Source of the DNA: Mobula hypostoma
Lineage: Eukaryota
NCBI RefSeq assembly: GCF_963921235.1
Contig: NC_086097.1
Coordinates: forward strand, 61,134,001-61,198,000
DNA: 64,000 nucleotides
Reading direction: 5' to 3'
The position numbers and the translations under genes are program-made. Shown piece by piece: positions 23,265 through 36,669 of this stretch. Position 1 is the stretch's first letter, and the number at the start of each line of letters is the position of its first letter. Under the pieces are notes generated by a model. That model was not told where the DNA came from. It saw nothing but the letters and a program-made list of their open reading frames with translations, and did no database searches.

Positions 23265-23850
23265 GCTAAGACCACAAGACAAAGAAGAAGAATTAGGCCA
23301 TTCAACCCATTGAATCTGCTCTACTATTCCATATTGAATGACTTATTATCTCTCTCAACCCCATTCTTCTGCCTATTCCCCGTAACCTTTGATGCTGTTA
23401 CTAAGAAACTATCAACCTCCACTTTAAATAAATCCAATGACTTGGCCACCACAGTCACCTGTAGCAATAACTACCACAGATTCACTATCCTCTTTCCAAA
23501 GAAATTCCTCCTTATCTCTATCCTAAAGGGACATCCTTGTATCCTGAGGCAGTGTCCTCAGGTCATGGACTGCCCCACAATGACAGATAACACATCCCCT
23601 ATATCCAGGTCTTTCAATATACAATTGGTTTCAATGAAATCCTTCTCATTCTTTACTGATCAAGTTCCTGTCCAAAGCCATCAAACTCTCCTCATTCATT
23701 AACCCTTTCATTCATGGGATCATTCTGAATCTTGTCTGGACCTTCTCCAATGCTTGAACATTCTTTGTTTGATAAGGGGCCCAAAACTGTTTGCAATACT
23801 CCAAGAATGGCTGGAATAACACCTTATAAAGCTTCAGCGTCATATTATTA
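23265..23850 (-). mobile_element. CR1 LINE 3' fragment
   Basis: Minus-strand tail (aagaccacaagac..aattaggccattc); similar to 34600-35245 in reverse. Confidence 0.8.
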
Positions 23851-23856
23851 CTGCTA

Positions 23857-26600
23857 GACCGTAAGACCATAAAACATCGGAGCCGAACTAGCCTTTCAGC
23901 CCATCAGGAGTGCTTCACCATTCTATTATGGCTGATTTGTTGTTCCATTCTCTTGCCTTCCTCCCAGCAATCTAGGACACATGATTAATCAAGAGCCAAT
24001 CAACCCCCACTTTAAAATATACCCAATGACTTGGCCTCCCTTACCATCTGTAGGAAAGAATTTCAGATTCACCACCCTCCAGCTAATGAAATTCCTCCTC
24101 ATCTCTGCCCTAAATTGACATCCCTCTATTCTAAAGCTATGGTCTCAGACTCCTTGACTATAGGAAACATCCTTGCCAAATCTAATTTAGCTGGGCCCAG
24201 AGCCATCAAAACCTCCTCATATTAAACATTTCATTCCTGGAATCATTCTTGTGAACCTCCTCTGGATCCTCTCTAATGCCAGCACATATTTTCTTATATA
24301 AGGGACTTAAAATTGCTCACAATACTCCAAGTGTGCTCTGACCAATGCCTTATAAAGCTTCTGTGGTAAAATTGTTATTCTAATCCTCTTGAAGTGAATG
24401 CTAACCTTGCATTTGCCTTGCTTATCAGCAACTCAACTTTAGGAAATCCTTGACAAGACTCCCAAGTCCCTTTTCACCTCTGATTTTTGAATTTTTGCCC
24501 CGTTTGGAAAATAGGCAAAGGTTTCAAAGGTACATTTAATGTCAGAGAAATGTATACAATATACATGTATACATACGTGTATCTATACATGTCTACGCAT
24601 TTATTCCTTCTAAAGTGCATGAGCATACACTTCCCTACACTATTTTCCATCTGAAACTCCTTTGCCTTTTCTCCCAATCTGTCTGTCTTTCTGTAGACTC
24701 CCTGCTTCCTCAACACTACCTGCACCTCCACCTACCTTTGTATCATCTGCAAACTCGGCCACAAAGCCATAATTCCATCATCCAAATCACTGAAAAACAG
24801 TATAAACTGAAAAGAAGCGGTCCGAACACAGACCCTTGCGGAACACCACTAGTCACTGGCAGCCAACCAGAGACCAGAGGAGGTCCCTTTTATTCCCACT
24901 CTTTGTCTCTTGCCAGTCACTAATCTTCTATCCATTCTAGTATATTTCCTGTAACACGATGGGGTCTTATCTTGAAAAGCTATCTCATGTGCTGTACCTT
25001 ATCAAAACCTTCTTGAAAATCCAAGTAAACAACATTCACTGAGTGACCTTTGAATATCCTGCTTTTTATTTCCTCAAAGAATTTCAACAGATTTGGCAAG
25101 TAACATTTCCCCTTAAGGAACCATGTTGACCTTGGCTTATTTTATCATGTTCCTCCAAGTATCCCTAAACCTCATCCTTATTATGGCCTCCAATATCTTC
25201 CCAATGACTGAAGTAAAGTTCACTATCTTATAATTTCCTTTATTCTGCCTCCAGTGGAGTGACTCCTTAGGAACCATTCCAGAATCTAGTGAATCTTGAT
25301 AGATCATAACCTATGCCTCCACAATCTATTCATCCACCTCTTTCTGGACCCTTGTGCGTAGTCCATCTGGTCCTGGTGAATATCTACCTTCAGATCTTTC
25401 AGTTTCTCAAGCACCTTCTCCTAAGTAATACCAACTACACTGTCTTCTGCCCCTGAGACACTTGAATTTCTGGCATACTGCTACTGTCTTTCACAGAGAA
25501 GACTAATGCAAAATACTTACTAACTTTGTCCGTCATTTCTTTGTCCCACATTGCTACCTCTCCAGTATCATTTTTCAGCAGTCTGATATCAATTCTTGCT
25601 TCTCTTTTACTCCTTATACATCTGAAAAATCCTTTGGTATCATCTTTTATATTATTGGCTAGCTTACTATATTTAATCTTTTCTGTCCTTATGGCTTTTT
25701 ATTTGCCTTCTGTTGGTTTTTAAAGGCCTCCCAATCCTCGAACTTCCCAGTAATTTTTGCTATAGTATATGACCTCTCCTTTGCTTTTATGCTGTCTTTG
25801 ACTTTCTTTGTCTCCAACGGTTGCCTTATCCTCTCTTTCGAATACTTCTTCGGCTTTAGGATATATTTATTCTTCACCCTCCAAATTGCCCCAGAAAGTC
25901 CAGCCATTGCTGCTCTTGTCCCCTTCCAATCAGCTGCGGCCAGCTCCTCTCTCATGCCTTTGTAATCCCCTTTACTCCACTGTAATACTGATACAGATGA
26001 TTTTAGTTTCCCCCTCTAAACCACAGGGTGAATTTTGTCATATTACAAACACTGTCTCCTAACTATTCCTTTATCTTAAGTTCCTTAATCATATCTGGTT
26101 CTTCACTCAACATCCCAATCCAGGAGTGCCTATTCCCTTATGGGCTCAACGGCAAGCTGCTTTTAAAAGCCATCCTGTACACATTCTACTGACTCCCACT
26201 CTTGGGATCCAGCACCAGCCTAGAGATTCCCAATCTACCTGCATGTTGAAATCCCTCATGACTATCATAACATTGCCCTTATTACAGGCTTTTTCCATCT
26301 CCCATTGTAATTTGTATCCCACATACTGCCTACTGTTTGGAGAGCTGTATATTACTCCCGTCAATGACTTTTTACCTTTTCCGTTTCTTAACTCTGCCGA
26401 CAAGACTTCTACGTCTTCCAGTCCTATGTCACCTCTTTCTATGGATTTTATTTCAGTTTTTACCAACAAATCCATCCCATCCCCTCTGCCTACCTTCCTG
26501 TCCTTGATGTTAAGCTTCCAACTATGATCTTCTTTCAGCCATGACTTAGTGAAGCCCTTAATGTCATACCAGCCAATCTCTAACTGCCTTTTCATGGTAT
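23857..26600 (-). mobile_element. CR1 LINE ORF2 (endonuclease and RT), degenerate
   Basis: ORF 26146-26649 has GVIYSSP..MRDFN (APE). SGVPQGS occurs near 24840. CR1-type tail near 23860. Confidence 0.88.
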
Positions 26601-27199
26601 CCGGCATCAACCTAACTTTCTCAATCCACAAGCAACAGTTATTATTCACAGACTTGCATCATATATGAAGCGTATGTTGCATGTAACTTTTAATAAGGAA
26701 ACAAGAGAAAAACTATATTTAAATAATAGTACAATCTCACCATAGGTTACTCAGGCATAAACTCCCCAGGATACTTGAATTGACAGACTGTCCATTCTGA
26801 TCCTGATCTTAATTGACTGTCATTCTCCATAGGTCTTTTGCTGAGCTATATAATTGCTCTGCATCCTCAGCTGCTTTCTCTCAAGTTTCTGTCAAGTTTA
26901 AGACTCTGGTTTTCCTGAAATGACAGTTTCTCCACCACCTGAACTCTTATGATGTGTGTGACCTTCTATGATGTTTTTCAGACATGCTCTGACTCTTCCA
27001 CAGGCACTTCTTTGCCCAAGGAGCAGTATGTCATCTACTTTGGTTTTACCCAACTGTGAATCTAGACTTAATTGACATTCTGTATATTTCAACTCCAAGC
27101 ATCATTTTGTCAGGGTCAAAACAAAATTGTCCCCTTTTCTGACACTTTGTTAGAGATCAACTAGATGAATATAACCTCATTCCAAAGTTCTACATCCAA

Positions 27200-28060
27200 T
27201 GTTCAAAGTATGTTTATTATCAAAGTACATATATTCATTTCCTTCTGGGCAGTAAATACAAGAAGCACAATAGCATCAATGAAAGATCATACCTAACGGG
27301 GCTTTCAATAACCAATTTGCAAAAGAAAATAAGAGCCTGATGGTTGAGGGGTACAATACTGTTTCTGAACCTGGCGGTGTGAGTCCTGTGGTTCGTGTAC
27401 TTACTACTTGATGGCACCAGTGAGAAGAGAGCATGGCCTGGACAGTGGGGATGCTTCCTGTTCAACGTTGCTTTCCTGTGACAATGCTCCATGTAGATAT
27501 GCTCAGTCGTGGGAGGGCTGTACCTGTAATGGACTGGGCTGTATCCACTACTTTTTGTAGGCTTTTCCATATAATGGTATAAGTGTTTCCATACCAGGCC
27601 ATGATGCAACCAGTCGATATACTCTCCTACGCACATTGATAAATTTTCCAAGGTTTCAGATGACATGCTGAATTTTTGCAGACTTAGTAGAGGTGCTTCC
27701 GTGCTTTGTAATTGCACTGAAGTGCTGGACCCAAGACATATCATCTGAAATGATTACACCAAGGAATTTAAAGTTGATGACCCTCTTCACCTCTGATCCC
27801 CAGATGATGGCTTGCTCATGGACTTCCAGTTTGCTCCTTATCTCCTTGGTCTTTCTGGCATTAAGTGAGATTGTGTTGTCGTGGCACCACCAAACCAGAT
27901 TTTCAATCTTCCTGCTGTATGCTGATTCAGCACCACCATGGATTCAGCCAATAATAGCAGTGTCGTCCGCAAACTTAAACACTGCAACTGTGCTTAGCCG
28001 CACGGCCATAAGTATAAACTGAGTAGGGTCGGGGGCTAAGCAAAGAGCCCTGTGGTGCAT
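27200..28060 (-). mobile_element. Rex1/Babar-type LINE 3' fragment
   Basis: KFADD near 27965; HPHCPGHALFSLVPSS..HTARFRNS. Confidence 0.85.
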
Positions 28061-28396
28061 AACAGCTGGCAAGATGCTAAACTAGGAATGGAAATCAAAT
28101 AATTGAAGGAAAAAGTGGACACACACATCGTATAGCAACCATTCACTAGGCTAATTCTCATTTACATCTGATGTGTTGAGTATGAACAAGCAGGTAGTTG
28201 TCATTTCTGAGGACAATATGAAAATTTAAAACTGTGAGTGCAAAGACAAACAATCTAAAATGCATGCAATATTGTAAAAACAATAAATAAATTCCCTAAA
28301 TAAATGACTTAAAGAGTGTTAAAATGCTAGTTATGCATAAAAAAACTTTAAATATTTATATTAACTGAGCATGGTGTGGGTTATTTGAACAATACT

Positions 28397-29760
28397 TTAT
28401 ACTTCATGCTTTGTTGCCAAACAATTGATACTAGAGCATACAATCATCACAGCGACATTTGATTCTGCTCTTCGTGCTCCCTGGAGTACAAATCGAGAGT
28501 AAATATTAAAAATTTAAATTATAAATCATAAATAGAAAAGGGAAAGTAAGGTGGTCCAAAAAAACCGAGAGGCAGGTCCGGATATTTGGAGGGTATGGCC
28601 CAGATCCGGGTCAGGATCCGTTCAGCAGTCTTATCACAGTTGGAAAGAAGCTGTTCCCAAATCTGGCCGTACAAGTCTTCAAGCTCCTGAGCCTTCTCCC
28701 GGAGGGAAGAGGGACGAGAATTGTGTTGGCTGGGCGGGTCGTGTCCTTGATTATCCTGGCAGCACTGCTCTGACAGCCTGTGGTGTAAAGTGAGTCCACG
28801 GACGGAAGATTTGTTTGTGTGATGTGCTGCGCCGTGTTCACGATCTTCTGCAGCTTCTTTCGGTCTTGGTTAGGACAACTTCCATACCAGGTTGTGATGC
28901 ACCCCAGAAGAATGCTTTCTACGGTGCATCTATAAAAATTAGCGAGGGTTTTAGGGGACAGGCCAAATTTCCTTAGCTTCCTCAGGAAGTAAAGGCGCTG
29001 GTGGGCCTTCTTGGCAGTGGACTCTGCTTGGTTGGACCAAGTCCGGTCATTTGTGATATTGACCCCGAGGAACTTAGAGCTTTTGACCTGTTCCACTTGC
29101 GCACCACCAATGTAAATGGGGTCGTGCGGTCCGCTACTCCTTCTGAAGTCAACAGCCAATTCCTTGGTCTTGCTGATGTTGAGGGATAGGTTATTGTCTT
29201 TGCACCATGCCACCAGGTTCTTAATTTCCTCTCTGTACTCAAACTCATCATTACCCGAGATACGGCCTACAATTGTCGTGTCATTAGCAAACTTACATAT
29301 TGAGTTTGATGGAAACTTAGCTACACAATCATGGGTGTACAGTGAGTACAGCAGGGGGCTGAGTACACAGCCTTGTGGGGCACCGGTGCTCAGAGTGATT
29401 GTAGAGGAGAGCTTGTCCCCTATTTTTACAGTCTGGGTCCTGTCTGTGAGGAAGTTGAAGATCCAGCTGCAGATCTGAGTGCTAAGGCCCAGGTTCTGGA
29501 GCTTAGGAATCAGTTAATTTGAAATGATGGTATTAAAGGCAGAGATGTAGTCAATGAAAAGGAGCCTTATGTATGCATCTTTATTCTCCAGGTGTTCTAA
29601 GGAGGAACGTAGGGCCAGAGAGATGGCATCTGCCTTTGACCTGTTGCTCCGGTAGGCGAATTGCAAAGCATCGAGGTTGACCGGTAGGCTGTGGTTGATG
29701 TGTGCCATAACCAATCGCTCGAAGCACTTCATAGCAATTGATGTCAGAGCCACAGGTTGA
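28397..29760 (-). mobile_element. Young 5'-truncated Rex1/Babar-type LINE
   Basis: Manual translation shows 29753 to 28611 is one frame with a single internal TAA (29514-29516). Motifs: [25 protein letters not shown] (decayed FADD), RLYFLRKL. CpG-rich. Confidence 0.95.
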
Positions 29761-31784
29761 TAGCCTTGTAGTTCTCAATACCCAGGAACTCCATGTCCAT
29801 GTTTTCTGGTAAACACGTACTTTTGGCACCAATAATAAAACCAAGAAAGGCTGCTATTGAGCTTACAATTGTCCTTGATCGGTGCCTTGAGATGCCTATA
29901 ATTCTTTTCCCCCCAATGTATGTGATACTGAGAGAGCCAAAGTTATCTTTGAAATGCATACACATATTGAATACAGCAGCTTGGTCTTCATTCACATAGA
30001 TGGTGTTTGGCATTCAGGCATGTCCTTTAAAATCTACAGTCCTTCTTACAAGGTACTGGAAGATTGGCAGCTCTTTCTAATATCCTAAAACACTTCCCCT
30101 TGGTGCCAGGTTCACTCCTCGTTTAGAGAAAAGTGAAATTTTATCTCTACTAAAACCACAAAAATCATGATTAAAACTGGGGATAGAGGAGCTAAAATTA
30201 TTATTAAAATTATAGTTAAAAGAATTAGCTTTCAGATAACCCTTCTTTTTGGCAGCTCCCTCCTCTGCAGGTTCCCAACACTGGCATCACCACTTTCAAC
30301 ATTTATTCTTTGGACGGGTGACAAAGAACCTCTCTCACCCAGGTAGAGATAAATCTTGAGCAAAATCTCCTGCATCCATTTTCTGTTGTTGAATATTCGC
30401 CACTGAAGTCCAAAAACTTTAATGAAATTCTGTTCATTGATAATATCATAGCTAATCATGTCTCACTGAAGGCAGAATAGAGCAATGTGACAAGTGAGGC
30501 TGCCTTGTCAAAGACCAATCCGCCAAATAGTCATACTTGCAAATTTCTGATTCAAGCACTCTTTAGATTTTGGTATCAACTGAATGGTTTATTGAAACAT
30601 GTCAAGTATGAATTTGTTCCATCAAATTTTTCTTTGCACCTAGCATTCTGAAGATGTTTGCTTCACTCAGGTCTGGTAAAGTAATTTCTAATTGCCTCCT
30701 CAGTCCATGGTTCCTTTTAAGATCTTTGTTGTATCTATACAAATGCAAGTTTTCAGTTTTTTTTCCTTTGAAAGCTGAGTACTAAAGAATATAGAACATG
30801 GAACTGTGCAGCACATTACAGGTCATTCGGCCCATAATGCTGTGCCTACATTTTAATCTACTCTGGTTCAGAAGGAAGGTGGGGAGAAGAGGAGTGCAGC
30901 AGTAATAGCATAGTTAGTGAAGCAGACAGGAGAATCTGTGGAAGTAACAAAGACATCCAGATGGTATTTCGCCTCTCAGTTGCCAGGGTCAAGGATGTCT
31001 CAAACCTGGTCCACAGTGTTCTAAAGGGGGAGGATGAAGAGCCAAAAGTTGTGGTACATATTGGTACCAATCACATGGGTAGGAAATAGAGTGAGGGCCT
31101 GAAGAGGGAATACAGGGAGTTGGGATAGTTATGATTGTCATAGGTGATTTCAATATGCAGGTAAATTGCGAAAATTATGTTGGTGCTGGATCCCAAGAGA
31201 TGGAATTTGTAGAATGTCTATGAGATAGCTTTTTAGAGCAGCTTGTGGTTGAATCCACTAGGGGAATCACAATCCTAGATTGGGTGTGTAATGAACCAGA
31301 TGTCAATAAGGAACTTAAGGTAACAGTACCGTTAGGAGGTAGTGATCATAACCTTATAGAATTCAACCTGCAGTTGGAGAGGGAAACATAAAGTTAGATA
31401 TATCAGTGTTACATTTGAGAAAAGGAAATTACAAAGACATGAGAGAGGAATTGGCTACAGTTAGTACAAAAGGGTACATTATCAAGGATGAGAGCAGCTC
31501 AGCAATGGCTGGTGTTTCCGGGAGCAAATCAGAAGACACAGAATATATACATCCCAAAGGTGAAGTGGTATTCTAAAAAGAGGGTGAGGCAACCGTGGCC
31601 AACAAGGGGACTCAAAGAGAGCAAAAAAGCTAAAGAGAGGCCATATAATACAGCAAAAAAAAGTTCAAAGTACTTTTATTATCAAAGTATGTATGCAGTA
31701 TGCAACTCTGAGATTCATTAACCCACAGACAGCTACAAAACAAGAAAACCCTGGAACCTATTCAAACAAAAACTGCAAAACCTC

Positions 31785-31845
31785 CACACACACACACACA
31801 CACGATAAAACAAACTGTGCAAATGGCAAAAAAGGAGTGATAAAA

Positions 31846-31883
<38 letters not shown>

Positions 31884-31926
31884 TAAAACAAACTGTGCAA
31901 ATGGCAAAAAAGGAGTGATAAAAATA
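31785..31926. repeat. Tandem duplication of a (CA)n plus 45-bp unit
   Basis: 31804-31848 and 31882-31926 are identical, each preceded by (CA)n. Confidence 0.95.
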
Positions 31927-31928
31927 TA

Positions 31929-32697
31929 TGTAGCCTGGGGAAAAGTACACGCTCAGGACAACAAAGACTTCTTCGGGTTTTAATTCCTTTATTGGCTTTC
32001 GATACTTAAGTGCTAGAAGAGGGTCACGAAACAAAACGAACGAATTTACAACCAGTTCTTGCCGTTACTATCTCAGTTTAACTTTCTATCCACACCGTCG
32101 TGTATGGACAGAATTGCGTATGCAGTACAAGAATACCAGAACTAATACGGTAGTGGCAATCCTGAAGGAACAAAATACAAACAACATTAGAATCCCACCC
32201 ACCCTGCATCTTATACATAACAGCAAAAAATGTAAGCGAATACATCTCATCGAAGACGTACACACGTGCTGGACTTCCGAACAGAGACTAAACATTCACG
32301 CTACACGGTTGCATGCACAATCAGTCCTGATGCAATAAAGTTCGACAAAAGGTACATTTTGGCACAACTTTTACAAGGTATTGCCTGGTAGTTAAATTAC
32401 AGGAAGACTGACCTACCTGGATGGTGAGGAACTTGGTATAAGCCATGCAATACAGCGTTGAGTCACTTACTCAAGGAAAATCTTTCCTCACCATTCCCAG
32501 CCTCGGGAGGAACCCAATTTCCAACACCCTACCACGTCTTCAGCAGAAAGCAAAATGGTCTCTCCACTATCCTGCACGTGCGTAATGACATCACTGTCTC
32601 CCTTAAAGGCACAGACAACTATTCTAGCATTACCCAGATGGATGCCTAAGTACACTTTTAACAATACTGAGTAAGATCCAATGGTCGCCCGGTTACA
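31929..32697 (-). mobile_element. Young solo LTR (769 bp) with 4-bp TSD TATA
   Basis: Imperfect inverted termini TGTAGCCTGGG...CCCGGTTACA. TATA on both flanks (31925-31928 and 32698-32701). CpG-rich. Strand is guessed from tttatt near 31990. Confidence 0.8.
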
Positions 32698-35249
32698 TAT
32701 AAAATATAAAATTGAAAAGAGTTCAAGCATATTCAGTTCAGCTCAGTTCAGTTATCTACAGGTCTCCCAATCAAACTCACCCAAAATAGCAACAAAAAAA
32801 GGAGCAACCAGAACCCAGAAACACATCATAATGTGAACTGCAGAGCCCGATCCACAAACCGCATTGATTAAACCTCATTCTGGACCCAGGACTCCAGCAC
32901 AACCTTCCAGCATAATCAAGAGGAAGAGAGAGATCATTGGAATACAGGGACTTCCTTCCAGCAGCAGCGAGCAAGAGGCTGGTAAATGGTGCTGAACATC
33001 CACTTACCTCAGTGATTTCAGTCTTCTGTGACTGCACGAAATGGAGTTGACCATGGGCTCACGCCCTGACTCCAGGCTCCTTGATGTCAAGAGAGCTGAA
33101 ACTTCACTGAACGCCCTCGGAGACAGCAGAGCACCAGGTCACTCAGCTGGCCTGGAAACACACCACTAATATGTGGTTCACAGTCTCCAAAGATAGAAGA
33201 ACCATGTTTGAAAGAGAAAGCAGATGTAAAAGAGATGAAAGAAGTAGTTTTGTGACCCATCTGAAGGATGTCGCCCTTGGTCACATTGGTTGTTGTAGCC
33301 ATCCTCTTCCTTTTAGTGGGAAGATTGAGGATTGGGAAGATTTTAAAAATCAACAGAAGGCAACTGTAAAAAAATCATAAGGAGTGAAAAGATAAAATAT
33401 GAAGTTAGGATACCTAATCATATAAAAGAATACCAAAAGTTTTTTCAGATGTATAAAGAGTAAAAGAGAGGCATGACTGGATATTTGAGTGCTGGAAAAT
33501 GATGCTGGAGAGATAGTAATGGGGGACAAAGAAATGACAGACAAACTTAAGTACATGTTTTGCATCAGTCTTCACTTTGGAAGACACAAGCAGAATGTTA
33601 GAAATTCGACAGTGTCAGGGTTGAGTGAGTGTAGTTACTATTACTAAGGAGAGCCTATTTGGGAAGCTGAAAGTGCTAGAGATAGGTGAGTCACCTAAAC
33701 CAGATGGACTCCACTGCAGTGTTCTGAAAGAGGTAGCTGAGAGAGTGTGGAGGCACTAGTGGTGATTTTTCAAAAGAAGCTAGATTCTAGAAGAGTTCTG
33801 GAGGACTGGAAAATTGCAAATGCCACTCCACTTTTTAAGCAGGGAGGGAGGCAGACGAAAGGAATTACAGACCTGTTAGCTTGACTTCAGTGGTTGGAAA
33901 GATGTTGGTTTCTATTAGTAGTGATGAGGTTTCAGGGCACTTAAAGGCACAAGGTAAAATAGGACAGTAAAATAGCGTGGTTTCCTTACGGGGAAAAACA
34001 TATTTGACAAATCTGTTGGAATTCTTTGAGGCAAAAACAGATGGGATAGACAAAGGAAATTCAGTGAACATTGTTTATTTAGACTTTCAGAAGGCCTTTG
34101 ACAAAGTGCCACACATGAGGCTGCTAAACAAGATAAGATCCCATAGTATTACAGGAAAGATACTTACCTGGATAGAAGATTGGCTGACTGGCAGAATGCA
34201 AAGGGTGGTAATAAAGGGGTCCTATTCTGGTTTGCTGCCAGTGTCTAGTGGTGTTTCCCAGGGGTTGGTATTGGGATTTCTTTTCTCACATTATTTATTA
34301 ATGTTTTGGAGGACAGAATTGATGGCTTTCTGGCCAAGGTTTCAGATTATACAAAGGTAAGTGAATGGTCAGGTAGTGCTGAGAAAGCAGGAGTCTGCAG
34401 AAGGACTTACACAGATTGGGAGAATAGTCAAAGAAGTGGCAGATGGAATATAGCATCGGGAAGTGTATGGTCATACACTTTGGTCGAAGGAATGAATGCA
34501 TGGCTATTTCCTAAACATGGAGAAAATTAAAAAATCGGGGGTGCAAAGGGACTTTGGAACCCTTGTGCAGGATCTCCTTACAATAAACTTGCAGGTTGAG
34601 TTGGTGTTAAGGAAGACAAATGCTATGTAGCATTTCTTTCAAGAGAACTAGAATATAAGAGCAAGGATGTGAAGCTGAGGCTTTATAAGACACTGGAGTG
34701 TTGCAAGCAGGTTTGGGCACATTATCTGTGAAAAGATGTGCTGACATTGGAGAGGGTCCAGCGCAGATTCTCAAGAATGATTCCAGGAATAAAAGGGTTA
34801 ACACATGAGCGTTTGATGGTTCTGGGCCTGCACTCATCAGAAATTAGAAGAATGGTGGGGGGCATCTCATTGAAATCTATCAAATATTGAAATATCTAGA
34901 TAGTGTGAATGTAGAGAGAATGTTTCCCGCAGTGGGTGAGTTTAGGACCAGAGGGCATAGCTTCAGAATAAAGGACATCCATGTAGCACAGAGATGAGGA
35001 GGAATTTCTTTAGCCAGAGGGTAGTGAATCTATGAATTTCATTGCTATTGGTGGTTATGGAGGTCAAGTCGTTGAATATGTTTAAAGCAGACATTGATAG
35101 GTTCCTGATTAGTCAAGACATCATAGGTTTTGGGGAGAAGGCAGGAGAATGGGATTGAGGGGGATAATAATTAAGCAATGATGGAATGGTGGAGCAGACT
35201 TGATGGACCATGAGGCCTAATTCTGCTCCTATGTCTTATGGTCTTTTCA

Positions 35250-36660
35250 AACCTGTAATGTCACATTTAATCCCCAGCAGCCTTCTATACAACCTGCTAA
35301 CTTTCATGTCATCTGTAATTGTATTAACCCACTTCCTCATCCAAGTCATATATAATATTCTCAATGAGCAGGGATCCCACTATTGATCCTTGTGGAACAT
35401 TACTGGTTAACTACCTCCAGGCAGAATACACTCTATCTACTGCCATCCTCTGCCTTCTGTGACTAAGGTCATCTTGAATTCATACAGTCAAGTTTCATTC
35501 CATGTCTCTTGACTTTTTGAATGGGGAACCATGGGCAGCCTTGCCAAATTGCTTACTAAAATCCATGTACTCCACATCCACTGCTTCTCTTCAATGTCTG
35601 AAAGTCAATCAGAAGTCTGGAAGTTGAAGTCGAATGCCTGAAGACTGGAGACAGGAATCTCTGGAGACAGGCCTGGAGGCCCTGAGGCCTATCCTGGAGT
35701 TGGAGGTCTATCTGTGTGAGTGGGTAGGTGGAAGGAAGGGAGGTGGCTTTGTTTTGTTGTTGTTTCTTGATATGTTCTGATTTGTTGTGTACAACTTTGT
35801 TCTGCTGAGCATGTTCCTTTGGTGCTAGAATATGTGTTGACACTTGTGCACTGCCCCCAATATATCCTAGGGTGTATTGCCTGTTAATGCAAATGACACT
35901 GTATGTTTCATTTAAATAAATTTGAATCCAAATTAATGTTTTCCCCACATCTAACATAAGACTTACTTGTCCCCAGTTCCCAGGGTTATCTCTACGCGGT
36001 TTCTTGAACAAAGGAATAACGTTTGTCACCCTTAGTCCACTGGCACTCATCCAATGGCCAATGAAGGTATAATGATCATTACAATCTCTTCCCTCACTTC
36101 CCGTCATAACCTGGAGTATACCCCTTCTACTTCCAGGACTTACTATGTATATCCTAATGATTTTCAAAAGTTTCAGTACACCCTCTTTCTTAAAGTTGAC
36201 ATGTTGCAGAGTAACATTCTATTCCAAGGTAACCTTGTATTCATCAAGATCCCGCCCAAAGGTGAATACTGAAGAAACGTATTCATCAAGGAGTTCCCTA
36301 TCTCCTCAAACACCAGGCACATGTTTCCTCTTTTCTCCTAGATAAATCTTGTCCTCACTCTAGACTTCTTTCTGTTCTTCACATACATGTAAAGTACTTT
36401 AGGATTTTCCTTAATCCTATTCTCTTAGACTTTGCCTTTAGCTCTCCTAAATCCATTCTTAAGCTCCCTTCTAGCTACCTTGAAACTCTCAAGATACCTA
36501 TTTGAGCGTTGCCTTGTAAACCTTAAGTATGTTTCATTCTTCCTCTTGACTACATGTCCCACTGTGGTTCCTTCAAACTAGTTTCCTTCCCCTGTCTCAA
36601 TGGGGCAAACTTATTCAGAATGTCATGGAAGTGATCCTTAAACAACTTCCACATTCCCAG
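35250..36660 (-). mobile_element. Old CR1 ORF2 fragment with an internal insertion at about 35600-35930
   Basis: VPQGS near 35390; NVIPLFKK..DNPGNW.QVSL. Confidence 0.7.
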
Positions 36661-36669
36661 TAAGTGTAT

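Larger units (their letters stand above)
31660..33310 (-). mobile_element. Non-autonomous retroposon with a Rex-type 3' tail inserted in CR1, itself hosting a solo LTR
   Basis: Starts with aagttcaaagtac..ttattatcaaagta, like the tail at about 27200. CR1 sequence resumes at about 33313 (tagtgggaagattgaggattggg). Confidence 0.55.
30860..35245 (+). mobile_element. CR1 LINE (ORF1 esterase remnant fused by deletion to ORF2) with nested insertions at about 31660-33310
   Basis: VVVHIGTN at 31048-31071, GDFN at about 31143, YLDFQKAFDKVPH (ORF 33977-34360) and a CR1 tail at about 35230. Confidence 0.88.

Noticed and set aside
26741..27110. Unique segment with a minus-strand donor and a 66-aa ORF
   Set aside because: No sustained frame and no recognisable homology.
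31785..31926. CRISPR-like repeat-spacer pattern
   Set aside because: Only two units, the spacers are (CA)n, the context is eukaryotic and there are no cas genes.
35556..36167. 203-aa minus-strand ORF
   Set aside because: Chimeric chance frame spanning a decayed CR1 and an inserted repeat.
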